A stretch of 64,000 bases of DNA from Bacilli bacterium (GCA_017536505.1 JAFXHG010000038.1:65163-129162); one strand, 5' to 3'; numbered from the stretch's first letter, positions 37,010 to 46,749 are shown. Made by a program: numbers and translations. Notes: generated by a model from the letters alone, not told the origin.

Positions 37010-37843
37010 TTAATTTTTAACTTTATCTTTTGATAATAATATAAAATATATTATACCTATTATAATCAAGGGTATTAGTCCTATTAGACTAAATTGAATT
37101 GCATTGTTATTATAGAATTCTTCAGTATATGATACAAAAGAAAGTCCAACCATTATATTAGTAATTGAGTGAATAATAGCTGATGGGAAAACAGAATTAG
37201 TCTTTTTTGTAAAATATACTAAAATACTTTGTAAAACTAAATTAGAAATAAACAAATTAATAATTAGGAATACAATATCATCCATTCTTATAAAAATTCC
37301 CAAATGCCAAATAGTCCTAATAATAGCAATTATAAAAATTGATAATATAGTTCCATTTAATTTTTCTAATCTAGGAAAAAGATAACCCATCCAGCCCAAT
37401 TCCTCTCCTAGAAGAACAATAGATGCTAAAATACTAAATATTGTGAATAAAATAATTTTAAATAAATACATTAAAGAAATATTTTCAGTTATTAATATTA
37501 CATCTTTAGGAAAAAATAGCAAAGGCATAATATCAGTAGAATACACCATAATTAAACCTACTAAAATAGCTATCAAATAGTATTTCCAACTCTTTTTTAT
37601 ATTTGGTAATAATAATAATGTTTTAATTTTTTCTTTTTTTAATTTACACATTATTATAGCTATAATTCCAGGAATAAAAGAAGCTAAATATATCAAAATT
37701 AGAGCGATAATATTTCCAGTTTCTTTTTCTTCTATTCCATACCCAACATACCATAAAATATTAGTAATAATAAGACATAGTAATATATATATTTTTATTT
37801 CACTTTTTTTTATTGCATTTTTTATACTCATACTTTTCTCCAT
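37010..37843 (-). CDS. CPBP-family (CAAX/Abi-type) intramembrane metalloprotease
   Basis: GEELGWMGYLFPRL (EExxxR-like) and SAIIHSITN within about 7 TM helices. Confidence 0.75.
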   Translation of the reverse strand: MEKSMSIKNAIKKSEIKIYILLCLIITNILWYVGYGIEEKETGNIIALILIYLASFIPGIIAIIMCKLKKEKIKTLLLLPNIKKSWKYYLIAILVGLIMVYSTDIMPLLFFPKDVILITENISLMYLFKIILFTIFSILASIVLLGEELGWMGYLFPRLEKLNGTILSIFIIAIIRTIWHLGIFIRMDDIVFLIINLFISNLVLQSILVYFTKKTNSVFPSAIIHSITNIMVGLSFVSYTEEFYNNNAIQFSLIGLIPLIIIGIIYFILLSKDKVKN

Positions 37844-37849
37844 TTTTAT

Positions 37850-38545
37850 CTACATATCTATTATTTGAATAACGATTGTTAACAAGATTGATATTATCTC
37901 ATCTTCTTTTTCTTTTGTGTTGCACTCTATAACATATAAATCTCTATATCCTTTACCTAATTTTGGAGTTATTGTATTAACATTAGCAAATACTTTATTT
38001 CCTTTTTTTAACTTTTTTCCTTGTTTTTTTCTATTGTCATAATCAATTTCATATACACCATCAATAGTATTAAAAGAAATTTCATTAAAATATTCAGTTT
38101 GCTTAAATATAGCAATTTTTTCGTTTTTATATATTACTTCACATTTTTTAAAACTTTTTTGTTTTACTACACCTAATTTATTTTTCTTATTGTCATATAG
38201 TGTTATTTCTTGTTTTGTTCCTACTCCTGTTAATCCATTATTTGTTTTATATATTAATTTATTATTATTATCATATATTTTATAATCATCTTCAACATCT
38301 TCAGGCATCTTTCCCTTAACAAGACTTATCATTGAACCAATATTAAATGCTGGTCCTTTAAAATAAAAGATTTTTTTATTATCTTTAGTTTTATAATCAT
38401 TAGTGTCTTTCCAACCATTAGTTTTAGAAACTTTTTTCATAGCTACATTAATTATTTTTTCTGGTGTTAATTCTTTCTTTAGATTTCCAATTTTTTTATA
38501 AGCTTTATTTCCTACAAACTTTTTTAATTCTTTCTTGAAGTTCAT
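37850..38545 (-). CDS. hypothetical protein (231 aa; beta-rich, possibly LURP-one/tubby-like)
   Basis: Alternating beta-strand pattern of K/N/Y/I repeats; the family assignment is a guess. Confidence 0.4.
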   Translation of the reverse strand: MNFKKELKKFVGNKAYKKIGNLKKELTPEKIINVAMKKVSKTNGWKDTNDYKTKDNKKIFYFKGPAFNIGSMISLVKGKMPEDVEDDYKIYDNNNKLIYKTNNGLTGVGTKQEITLYDNKKNKLGVVKQKSFKKCEVIYKNEKIAIFKQTEYFNEISFNTIDGVYEIDYDNRKKQGKKLKKGNKVFANVNTITPKLGKGYRDLYVIECNTKEKEDEIISILLTIVIQIIDM

Positions 38546-38559
38546 ATTTTCTCCTTTGT

Positions 38560-39012
38560 TTATTTTTTCTTTGTAATTATTCCTTTTAATGCAACAAAGA
38601 TAGCTCCAACTGTTAAAACAATATCTTTAGTGTCATTAACTACATTTATTACTTTCTTTAACTTCTTTTTTCTTCTTTGCAAAATATTTGTTCCTGTTTT
38701 TGCATTAATAATTTCCTCTACTACTTTTTTTGCAGTTAATTTATTACTACAACTAAATTCAATATTTTTTTCAATAGTTTGTAAAATTACTGTTGTTTTA
38801 TTTTGCTTTACTTGTATTTTATCTTTATAATTTTTAATATTTTCAAGTGGGATTATTTCAATAGGTTTTAACTTTTTATTAAATAATCCTTTTTTCTTCA
38901 AAAATAATATTTTTTTATTAGTTATTATTAATTTAGTATTTTTACTAAAAGGTAATAATAATACTTGCTCCTCTAGTAATATAATTTCATCATTTTCTAT
39001 TTGATAATTCAT
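38560..39012 (-). CDS. hypothetical protein with PH-like N-terminus and C-terminal TM anchor
   Basis: IILLEEQVLLLPFSKNTKLIITNKKILFLKK resembles bacterial PH domains; the tail IVLTVGAIFVALKGII is hydrophobic. Confidence 0.4.
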   Translation of the reverse strand: MNYQIENDEIILLEEQVLLLPFSKNTKLIITNKKILFLKKKGLFNKKLKPIEIIPLENIKNYKDKIQVKQNKTTVILQTIEKNIEFSCSNKLTAKKVVEEIINAKTGTNILQRRKKKLKKVINVVNDTKDIVLTVGAIFVALKGIITKKK

Positions 39013-39112
39013 AACTTTAATCCTCCTGTTATATTACTTGTAATTTTCGCGAATATAACTTATATATTAAAATTATAACATAACTTAAATATTTTATAAA
39101 TATATTATATTT

Positions 39113-39955
39113 TTATAATCCCATCATTTCTCTAACTACTCTATCAGACATTTTCACAGTACCAACTAATACTAGCATTGAAAAAGCTATTTCACTTACA
39201 TAAGTCCATACTTGATTTATAGCATCTGCAGTAGGATCTATGGCTGGTGGACTAGATGCAAATAAAGTGAATATAATACAGGCGAGTACAATAATAGCAC
39301 CTTCTAAACATACTGCACTATAAGATTTAATAAAACTTACTCCCACCTGTTGGGTAGTATCAGATGCAAATGTAGATAATGGTATAGGTGATATAGCTGT
39401 ATAAAGATATAATTTAAAGAATCTTCCATATACTGTTAAAATCATTATAAAAGATAATACAGTTATTAAAAGACTACCTATAAGCGTGACAGCCCAAAGT
39501 GGGATACTTTCAAAGAATCCACAATCTTCTATGGCTGTAATTATTTCTTGAGGTAATGTAGATTGAGCTACACTTCCTAATCCAGCAGAACGCATAATAG
39601 TTGATATAACACCTTGTACTATTTTGAAAATAGCTTTCATTAAATCTAATCCATAAACTACTACTATTCTTGCAATTCCAAATCTAATTAATAGTTTAAA
39701 CGCTTGCTCTGGTCTTTTTATTTCTTCTAAAGAACTACTACTTTTAACTACACCTATTACAAAAAAAAGGACTAATAAAGCAAGTCCTATTGCTTGAATA
39801 GCCCCATAAATATTTGTAATAACATTCCATATTGTTCCACCCTTAAAGGTTTCAGGACTCTCTGTTATTAAAGTCCATATTTCAGTTAATTTATCGTTCC
39901 AGGTATCTAGTGAGTTATTAAGGTTATTTACAACCCAATTACTTAATATAAGCAC
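39113..39955 (-). CDS. VirB6-like polytopic membrane T4SS protein
   Basis: Six or more TM helices; located between the Maff2-like gene and the T4SS core. Confidence 0.6.
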   Translation of the reverse strand: MLILSNWVVNNLNNSLDTWNDKLTEIWTLITESPETFKGGTIWNVITNIYGAIQAIGLALLVLFFVIGVVKSSSSLEEIKRPEQAFKLLIRFGIARIVVVYGLDLMKAIFKIVQGVISTIMRSAGLGSVAQSTLPQEIITAIEDCGFFESIPLWAVTLIGSLLITVLSFIMILTVYGRFFKLYLYTAISPIPLSTFASDTTQQVGVSFIKSYSAVCLEGAIIVLACIIFTLFASSPPAIDPTADAINQVWTYVSEIAFSMLVLVGTVKMSDRVVREMMGL

Positions 39956-39975
39956 TATAACACCTCCTAAATATA

Positions 39976-40275
39976 TTAAATTATTGCATTAATAATTTCT
40001 TTTGAAAAGGTCATTATAACTCCACCTACAAAAGCTACTACACCACTAGCTCTTTGTGATGGATCTTGACTCTTAAAAGACATACCTATTTGAAATACAC
40101 TATAACCTAAAACAATCATACCTACAGCTCTTAAAGCTCCAAATATAAAATCTGATAAATTATTTATAACTGCAATAGGATCATCGGCTGCATAAGCTAT
40201 AGCACTTGTTCCTATAGTACAAACTATTACAAAAATAATACACATATAAATTTTAAATATTTTCTTCTTTTCCAT
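39976..40275 (-). CDS. Maff2-family small membrane protein (pilin/VirB2-like candidate)
   Basis: Signal peptide ...AIAYA, then two hydrophobic helices; directly downstream of the coupling protein gene. Confidence 0.6.
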   Translation of the reverse strand: MEKKKIFKIYMCIIFVIVCTIGTSAIAYAADDPIAVINNLSDFIFGALRAVGMIVLGYSVFQIGMSFKSQDPSQRASGVVAFVGGVIMTFSKEIINAII

Positions 40276-42076
40276 TTAAATCATTTCCTTTCAAAAAAAA
40301 CTCATCAAGTTCTTCTGATGAGAGAATTTCATATCTATCTTCAAATTCTTTTATATCTATTTTACTTTCTTCACCTATATATCCACCTAGTTCTATAGTA
40401 GCTATAGCATTTTCACTATTGCCGTGAATATATGCTTTACTACCTCCATCAGTTGTTAAAGATATATTAGGATGTTTTAATAAATCAAACTTTAAATCTT
40501 TTATAGGTCTTTCTCCCCTTATGAAAAGAATTGCATAGTCATTATCTAATAATCTAACTTCATCAGGAGTCATCAACTCTCTACCTAAATTCTGATAATT
40601 AGTAGAATAATGCCCTCTATCACCGTGGCTTAATCCATAGGTATTAACATCTAAATTAGATTTACCCATAAGTTCACTTACATATTTAAAAGTAGATTGC
40701 TCATTACCACCTAAATATAAAAATGTATCACAGTTTCCTACTATTGATTCCCATTGTTTTTCAAAGAGTGCTTTTAATTGTGCTAGATTCTGTAAAATTA
40801 TAGATACAGATACTTCCCTAGAACGCATAACACTTAAAATCTTATCAAAATCATCAGGTAAACTTACATTAGCAAATTCATCCATAACAAAATGAACGTG
40901 TATAGGAAGTCTACCTCCGTACTTATGGTCTGCTGTATAAAATAACTGTTGAAATAATTGAGTATATAAAATACTAACTATAAAATTAAAACTTGTATCA
41001 TTATCAGGAATAAGAGCAAATAAAGCTGTTTTCTTTTCCCCTAAAGTTTCTAATTCCATTTCATCTGTTATTGTTAATGAAGCTAGACTAGATAAATTAA
41101 ATTTTTCTAATCTTGACGCCAAAGTAATTTGAATAGATTTTAATGTTTTAGCACTTCCACTATGATAATCTTTATAATACTTAACTGCTATATGATCTGG
41201 ATTCTCTAATTCTAATTTAGCAAATAATATATCTAAAGGGCTTAAATAATTATCATCATCCTCTTTTACTTCTCCAGCTCTTAACATTTCCATAACCATT
41301 GGAAAGTTTTGTTCTTCATCTGGCGCTTCATATATAAGATAAAAAATTAATGATGATAAAAGCATACCTGCACTTGTATCCCAAAAAGGGTCATTAGTTT
41401 GACTACCTTTTGGAGTAGTAGATTTAAAAAGATTAGTCACTAATTTTTGAACATCATTATCATCTTTTAAATATACAAAAGGATTATAACAATGGCTCTT
41501 TTCCATATTTAGTAAATCTAATACCTTCACATCATACCCTTGTTTTTGTAAAAGATTACCTGTATCTCTTAATATTTCACCTTTTGGATCTAGTACCACA
41601 TAAGAAGTATTAGCTTGCATTAAATTAGGTTTACAGTAAAATCTAGTCTTCCCAGCGCCACTTCCACCACATACTAATATATTAAGATTTCTTCTATGCT
41701 TTCTACCATTTAATCCTAAAGCTACATTTTGAGTTAATAATTTATTCTGTGTTGGAGGTTCTTGATGATATTTTTTATTTACCTTCTTTTTATTTCCCCA
41801 TTTAGCAGAACCATATTCTTCTCCCCTTCTATAATTCCTTTTTGTAGTAATATAAAAAAATATTGCTAGAAAATATATTAATATTAAAACTATTACAGTT
41901 TTTAAAGAATTATCACAGATAATAATTTTAAAAGGACTCCCTGTTATTTCAGAAAAGTCCTTTATAATATTAAATAATCCTTTATCAATATATGGAGCAA
42001 TTAATAAACCTATCCATATAACAGGAATAATACCTAGTAAATAAAACCAAAACGGTGTTTTTACTTCTTCCTTCAT
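40253..42076 (-). CDS. VirD4/TraG-type type IV coupling protein
   Basis: Two N-terminal TM helices; Walker A VCGGSGAGKTRF; Walker B FVMDEFAN. Confidence 0.9.
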   Translation of the reverse strand: MKEEVKTPFWFYLLGIIPVIWIGLLIAPYIDKGLFNIIKDFSEITGSPFKIIICDNSLKTVIVLILIYFLAIFFYITTKRNYRRGEEYGSAKWGNKKKVNKKYHQEPPTQNKLLTQNVALGLNGRKHRRNLNILVCGGSGAGKTRFYCKPNLMQANTSYVVLDPKGEILRDTGNLLQKQGYDVKVLDLLNMEKSHCYNPFVYLKDDNDVQKLVTNLFKSTTPKGSQTNDPFWDTSAGMLLSSLIFYLIYEAPDEEQNFPMVMEMLRAGEVKEDDDNYLSPLDILFAKLELENPDHIAVKYYKDYHSGSAKTLKSIQITLASRLEKFNLSSLASLTITDEMELETLGEKKTALFALIPDNDTSFNFIVSILYTQLFQQLFYTADHKYGGRLPIHVHFVMDEFANVSLPDDFDKILSVMRSREVSVSIILQNLAQLKALFEKQWESIVGNCDTFLYLGGNEQSTFKYVSELMGKSNLDVNTYGLSHGDRGHYSTNYQNLGRELMTPDEVRLLDNDYAILFIRGERPIKDLKFDLLKHPNISLTTDGGSKAYIHGNSENAIATIELGGYIGEESKIDIKEFEDRYEILSSEELDEFFLKGNDLNGKEENI

Positions 42077-42261
42077 CTAACCTCTATAAACTTACGAAAA
42101 CCTTTTTTCTCTGGTGCATTAATAACTTTTAACGTTAATTCTTCTATTGGTCCTGTTTCGTGTTGAAGCTTTAAATTTTTATTTCTAAATTCATTTAAAG
42201 CATTTATTAATATACCGTGTTCATACTTATCTAACTGAACTACTTTTACTCCTTCTTTCAT
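42073..42261 (-). CDS. small hypothetical protein (62 aa)
   Basis: ORF overlaps the coupling protein start by 4 nt (ATGA). Confidence 0.45.
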   Translation of the reverse strand: MKEGVKVVQLDKYEHGILINALNEFRNKNLKLQHETGPIEELTLKVINAPEKKGFRKFIEVR

Positions 42262-42278
42262 TTTATCACCTCATTTTT

Positions 42279-42542
42279 CTAAATACCATAATAAATTTTT
42301 ATAGCTGCAATTGATATTTCATCAGTAGTATATCCTGATAATTCCATCATTTTTTCAAAATCTAGTTCTAACTCTATTGCTAACTTTTTTAATATTAATA
42401 TATTAGGTTTCTTTCTTTCACCTTTTTCTATTTTAGAAATTGTATTATTATCTACGCCCGTTCTTCTAGTTAATTCTCTTTGGGAGATTTTCTTATTTAA
42501 TCTAGCTTCTTTTACTAGAGTTGCTAATGATATATTATTCAT
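42279..42542 (-). CDS. XRE-family HTH regulator
   Basis: ISQRELTRRTGVDNNTISKIEKGERKKP. Confidence 0.8.
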   Translation of the reverse strand: MNNISLATLVKEARLNKKISQRELTRRTGVDNNTISKIEKGERKKPNILILKKLAIELELDFEKMMELSGYTTDEISIAAIKIYYGI

Positions 42543-42548
42543 ATAAAA

Positions 42549-43094
42549 CTACCTTTCCATATCTCTACTATTAGATTTAAAATAATCTTCCATATTAAAT
42601 CCACTTGTTTCAGCTTGTACTTTAGCATCATATTTTTGTGATGCCTTTATAACATCTTTTTGTATTTCAGGATTATCTTTTAACTCATTAAAAGCACCTA
42701 CTATATCATCACTCAAAAAATGAAAATTCTTTTTATTTTCTTTTTGAAATCTTCCTATACAATCATAAGTCATAGTCATAGCTATTTGCTCATCTATACG
42801 TAGATCATTAGGTTTTAAATTCATATCCATACAAAGTAATGCTTGATAGAAATACTTTTCATCTTCCTTCTTCAAAGCATTTAATTGAGTAAACATAATA
42901 TTAAGAAATTGCTTACTTGTTATATCAGCCATATATTCTTCCCTAACTCTACCTAGTATTTTCTCGTAATGAGATGGTGGTACTTTTGTTGGTGTATCAG
43001 TTTCTGGGTTGATATATTCATAAGTCATATCACTTATATACTTACTCATATCCTTTTCTTTTAATTGTACAAAATCATCATATTGTTTTCTCAT
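42549..43094 (-). CDS. hypothetical protein (181 aa)
   Basis: ORF with its RBS embedded in the upstream gene's last codons; no motif recognised. Confidence 0.5.
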   Translation of the reverse strand: MRKQYDDFVQLKEKDMSKYISDMTYEYINPETDTPTKVPPSHYEKILGRVREEYMADITSKQFLNIMFTQLNALKKEDEKYFYQALLCMDMNLKPNDLRIDEQIAMTMTYDCIGRFQKENKKNFHFLSDDIVGAFNELKDNPEIQKDVIKASQKYDAKVQAETSGFNMEDYFKSNSRDMER

Positions 43095-43097
43095 AAA

Positions 43098-43769
43098 TTA
43101 TCTTTCCTTCCTCTTTGATTTTTTTATTTTCTTACTTTTATTAATTTTAGTTTCTTTCTTTTGTTGTTTAGATTTTTTCTTATCAATCTTTTCAGATTCT
43201 ATTTTAGCTTCCTCTAACTTTTTCTTTACAGATTCTTTTACTTTAGAAGAATCCACCTTTTTGTTCTCTAATAAATGCTCTGACAGAGGGTCTTTTACTG
43301 TTAGAGCTTTCTTCGGGTTTACTTTCCCTTTGGATACCTCTTTTTTACTTTCTAAAGATTTTGTTATTTCATTTTTAATAGTTAATGTATCTACAGTAGA
43401 TAGTTTGAATTTTTCAACTATTCTATTAATCTTTCCTGCATCTTCTGCTTTTACCATAACATCAACTATACTATTTGGATCTTTATTTTTCTTATCTACT
43501 ATTACAGCATAAAGAATTCCATATCTTTTTGCTTCTTGAGTAAATTTTGCTAAATCTTCTTTTTTTACAGGGAATACCTTTAATTCTTTTCCAGATTTTA
43601 AAAGATTATCTAATCTTATCTTACCTTTTGTCTTATGCTTACTGTTTGCATAAGCATATAAAGCTACAGCAAAATTTTTAGCTCCTGCTCCTGTAATTTT
43701 TGCTGTCATTTCTATTCCTTGCAAATACATCCTAATTACTGCATCTGCCGCCTCACTTGAACTATTCAT
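43098..43769 (-). CDS. PcfB-like (DUF3801) conjugation protein
   Basis: N-terminus AADAVIRMYLQGIEMTAKITGAGAKNFAVALYA is typical of DUF3801; K-rich tail. Confidence 0.65.
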   Translation of the reverse strand: MNSSSEAADAVIRMYLQGIEMTAKITGAGAKNFAVALYAYANSKHKTKGKIRLDNLLKSGKELKVFPVKKEDLAKFTQEAKRYGILYAVIVDKKNKDPNSIVDVMVKAEDAGKINRIVEKFKLSTVDTLTIKNEITKSLESKKEVSKGKVNPKKALTVKDPLSEHLLENKKVDSSKVKESVKKKLEEAKIESEKIDKKKSKQQKKETKINKSKKIKKSKRKER

Positions 43770-45100
43770 TTTTTCTTTTCTCCCTTCTCTTTATTAACTT
43801 TTTCATATTCTTCTATATTTTCAATTATAGAACTTATCCTATCATTAATACCTTCACATAGTTTAACTTCTTCTCTTAACTTTTTTATATCAGTATTAAT
43901 AATATTTATTTCTTTTATTATTTCTAATTTATCTTCAGTAGATTCTGTGGTCTTGTGTTTATACCATAAATGATTTCTTTTATCTATAAGATTTTTTAAT
44001 AATTCCTTTTTTTCAATTCTAAATTTATTAAATTCTTCAAATGTTTGTAAATTGTATTTATCTAATAAAATAACTTCTTTTCCTATAGTTTCCATTTTAT
44101 ATACATCAGCTCTTATACTAGCTGGTAAATACTTTCTAGGTTGTTTAAAAGGTAATTCATTTAATAGATAGCAATAATACAAATATAAAGCATAAATACC
44201 TTTTACTTTCTTTTTATTATAACTATTTATAAAAGGTTTATTTTTTAAATTCATAGCTTCTATAAAAGGAATTCTAGTAGCTTGTTCCACTACTATTCTT
44301 TCTTTTAATCTTTCTATACTATAATCACTACCAAAACATCTTTCAATTCTAATATTTTTTTTATAATTCTTTTTTCTAACACTAATTTTATTTCCTCTAT
44401 AGGTTATATCATAATTTAATTTTCCCATTATATTTTCAAAATCAGGTAGATTATATGCTTGTCCTATAGCGAAGTCTATATCTTTTTTTGTTAATATATA
44501 ATAATTATCTTTCTTTATATGCCTATCTAAATAATTACTATAATTAATACCACTCTTACACTTTTTTTCTTCTAATACACTAATGCCATACTCTTGACAA
44601 ATACTATCAGACAAATGTCTTAATTCTGCATAACTTTCTCTTTTATCATAATATCTTTTACCATCTACAAAAGATACAGAATTAACTACAAAATGATTAT
44701 GGGTTATTTTAGTATTTGTATGAGTAGATACTATTGCTTCAAATCTATCTCCCCACATCTCTTGAGCTAGTTTCACTCCTATTTCGTGCGCTGTTTCTGG
44801 TGATACTTCATTTTTCTTAAAAGATTGAAAAGAGTGGAACGCAAGTATCCCACCCTTTTTATTAAATCTTTCTTTAGTAAGCATCATATCCTCATAAGCC
44901 GTTTCAGGAGTACAGTTAATACCTGTTATTAGTGATTGCTCCTCTGTAGTAAAATCCATTTCTTCATATTCCTTAAAAGTATGAAGACTATAATACATAT
45001 CTTTATTAGGATTTTCTCTTTTAGTCTTTTCTATATTCATAACATAATCTAATACGTGATCTAACCTACTACTAACTTTCCATATAGCTGTAGTTGCCAT
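43766..45100 (-). CDS. relaxase / mobilization nuclease (MobA/VirD2-type)
   Basis: N-terminus TTAIWKV..., histidine motif HTNTKITHNHFVVN; GGAGGT RBS favours the ATG at 45100. Confidence 0.8.
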   Translation of the reverse strand: MATTAIWKVSSRLDHVLDYVMNIEKTKRENPNKDMYYSLHTFKEYEEMDFTTEEQSLITGINCTPETAYEDMMLTKERFNKKGGILAFHSFQSFKKNEVSPETAHEIGVKLAQEMWGDRFEAIVSTHTNTKITHNHFVVNSVSFVDGKRYYDKRESYAELRHLSDSICQEYGISVLEEKKCKSGINYSNYLDRHIKKDNYYILTKKDIDFAIGQAYNLPDFENIMGKLNYDITYRGNKISVRKKNYKKNIRIERCFGSDYSIERLKERIVVEQATRIPFIEAMNLKNKPFINSYNKKKVKGIYALYLYYCYLLNELPFKQPRKYLPASIRADVYKMETIGKEVILLDKYNLQTFEEFNKFRIEKKELLKNLIDKRNHLWYKHKTTESTEDKLEIIKEINIINTDIKKLREEVKLCEGINDRISSIIENIEEYEKVNKEKGEKKK

Positions 45101-45119
45101 AAATACCTCCAATAAAAAA

Positions 45120-45144
45120 AGAATCTAATTAATAATTAGATTCT
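45120..45144. repeat. 11-bp inverted repeat immediately upstream of the relaxase gene (oriT-type IR or attenuator)
   Basis: AGAATCTAATT-AAT-AATTAGATTCT; T7 follows on the minus strand; a GC-richer segment with short IRs lies next to it (45150-45225). Confidence 0.35.
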
Positions 45145-45259
45145 TGTACTTTCTCATTATCACCAACTAGAAGTGAGCGATCACAAGAAAAGTAAAATGG
45201 TTCGTCAGTTCAGCTACTGACAAATCAAATATACCATATAATTTATTTTTTTTCAAATG

Positions 45260-45694
45260 TTATTTTTTAAAATTATCCATTAAATTTTTAGCTGCTATTA
45301 CTCCGTGAACTTTAGCAGCAGTTTCAGCTTGTTGTTCAAATTCTAAATGTTTTTCTAATCTTTTTGCTTCATCTTCTTCAGCAAATACTAAATTAGCTTG
45401 TTTTAATCTTTTATGAAGTACAAATAGTAATAACGATGGAATCCCTAATCCTGCAACTATCATACTTAATAGTATTGTAATCCATCCCCAATCTTTTTCA
45501 GGAACACCATTTACACTTACCATAAAAGCATCTTTATCTATAAATACTTTTAATAGAAATAAAGCTACACCTACTAACATTAAAACAAATAACACTATTG
45601 AGATTTTTTTTACAACTTCAGAAGATTTTTTATATTTACCTGGTTTATATTCAGGAACATATATTTCTTCTTGATTATTAATATTATTATCCAT
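45260..45694 (-). CDS. two-TM membrane protein, unknown function
   Basis: Hydrophobic helices ISIVLFVLMLVGVALFLL and WITILLSMIVAGLGIPSLLLFVL. Confidence 0.5.
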   Translation of the reverse strand: MDNNINNQEEIYVPEYKPGKYKKSSEVVKKISIVLFVLMLVGVALFLLKVFIDKDAFMVSVNGVPEKDWGWITILLSMIVAGLGIPSLLLFVLHKRLKQANLVFAEEDEAKRLEKHLEFEQQAETAAKVHGVIAAKNLMDNFKK

Positions 45695-45803
45695 ATCTTT
45701 ACACTACTCCTTATAAAAAAATTATAGCATACGATTTTTTAAGTTGTAAATAGAATTTTTTTGAATTTTTAAATATTTCATTATTTGTGTAAAGTCATAA
45801 ACT

Positions 45804-46136
45804 TTAAATATCTGTTTTTTTTGGCCTTAAATATTCATCTTTAATACTCTCTACAAATCTATGCCAATTTTCAGCTTCCTTATTATATAATTCTTTATCT
45901 ATATGATTAATAGAATTTGCTTTTCTAGCTATTTGATTAAGATTAATTCCAAATAATCTTAATTGCTTAATTGATTCATAAAATCTATTATCTGGTTTTT
46001 CTCTTGGCTCATAACCTCTTATTAAAAATCTTAATAAATCAGATTCAGTTAATCCTGCATTATATGCTCTTTGAGATAATAGTTTTGCTTCTTCTTCATT
46101 TAGCCAAACTTGTTTTTTTATTTCTCTTGTTCGCAT
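45804..46136 (-). CDS. mobC: MobC-type relaxosome accessory protein
   Basis: GINLNQIARKAN motif and ~110-aa size are characteristic of MobC. Confidence 0.75.
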   Translation of the reverse strand: MRTREIKKQVWLNEEEAKLLSQRAYNAGLTESDLLRFLIRGYEPREKPDNRFYESIKQLRLFGINLNQIARKANSINHIDKELYNKEAENWHRFVESIKDEYLRPKKTDI

Positions 46137-46273
46137 ATTACTTCTTCTTTTTCTATAGGTGTTAATTCTTCTTCACCACTAAACTGTTTTCCAATAACTA
46201 AAAAGCATAATAGCGTAATTCCAGATAAACTACCTATAATAAAACCTAATACAAAAAATAATAATTCACTCAT
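46118..46273 (-). CDS. unannotated small single-TM ORF (51 aa: MSELLFFVLGFIIGSLSGITLLCFLVIGKQ...)
   Basis: AAGAAGG upstream of the ATG; its 3' end overlaps the mobC start. Confidence 0.35.
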   Translation of the reverse strand: MSELLFFVLGFIIGSLSGITLLCFLVIGKQFSGEEELTPIEKEEVICEQEK

Positions 46274-46299
46274 AATTTACCTTCTTTCTATATACAAAA

Positions 46300-46331
46300 A
46301 AAGAATTAGTATATTTCTACACTAATTCTTT
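46300..46331 (-). terminator. intrinsic terminator after the HU gene
   Basis: Stem AAAGAATTAGT/ACTAATTCTTT followed by T7 on the minus strand. Confidence 0.6.
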
Positions 46332-46352
46332 AATAATCTAATTAATTTATTA

Positions 46353-46625
46353 TTATTTAACTTCTTCTCTTAAACCTTTTCCAACTTTAAATGATACTGC
46401 TTTATGAGCAGGAATATTAATAGTTTCTCCTGTTCTAGGATTTCTACCAGTTTTAGCAGGTTTATTAGATACTTTAAATGTACCAAATCCCATTAATGAT
46501 ACATCATTACCTTTTTTTAATTCTTCTTTAAATAAATCAAAAATTCCATTAAATACTTTTTCAACTTGTGATTTAGTTAATTCAGTTTGTTTAGCTAATG
46601 CATCAATCATTTCTACTTTCTTCAT
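46353..46625 (-). CDS. hup: HU-family DNA-binding protein
   Basis: MKKVEMIDALA...GFGTFKVSNKPAKTGRNPRTGETINIPA is canonical HU. GAGGTGAG RBS and a TGTTATAAT extended -10 support the start at 46625; the track ORF carries a spurious N-terminal extension. Confidence 0.9.
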   Translation of the reverse strand: MKKVEMIDALAKQTELTKSQVEKVFNGIFDLFKEELKKGNDVSLMGFGTFKVSNKPAKTGRNPRTGETINIPAHKAVSFKVGKGLREEVK

Positions 46626-46727
46626 ACATCTCACCTCGCTTACTCTAATTACATTATAACAAATATAAAAAAGATAAACAAGTTTTTCATTGAAAAAATA
46701 AGGGGTTTGGGGTTTTCCCCACATTTA

Positions 46728-46749
46728 GAATTTGTGGGAGTACAAATTC
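46728..46749. repeat. palindromic copy of the TGGGAGTAYAAA(TTC) motif
   Basis: GAATTTGT-GGGAGT-ACAAATTC (8-bp arms); shares 14 of 15 nt with the site at 54824-54838. Confidence 0.5.

Noticed and set aside
46702-46720. GGGGTTTGGGGTTTTCCCC, considered as a G-quadruplex-forming element.
   Set aside because: There are only two G-runs on one strand. It is explained more simply as a GGGG-TTTT-CCCC hairpin that, with the following T-run on the minus strand, terminates the upstream Toprim/XRE transcript just before the HU promoter.
46626-46724. The N-terminal 33-codon extension of the HU ORF in the track (MWGKPQTPYFFNEK...).
   Set aside because: It covers the terminator hairpins and the TGTTATAAT promoter. 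Canonical HU starts at MKKVEM (46625) with a GAGGTGAG RBS.
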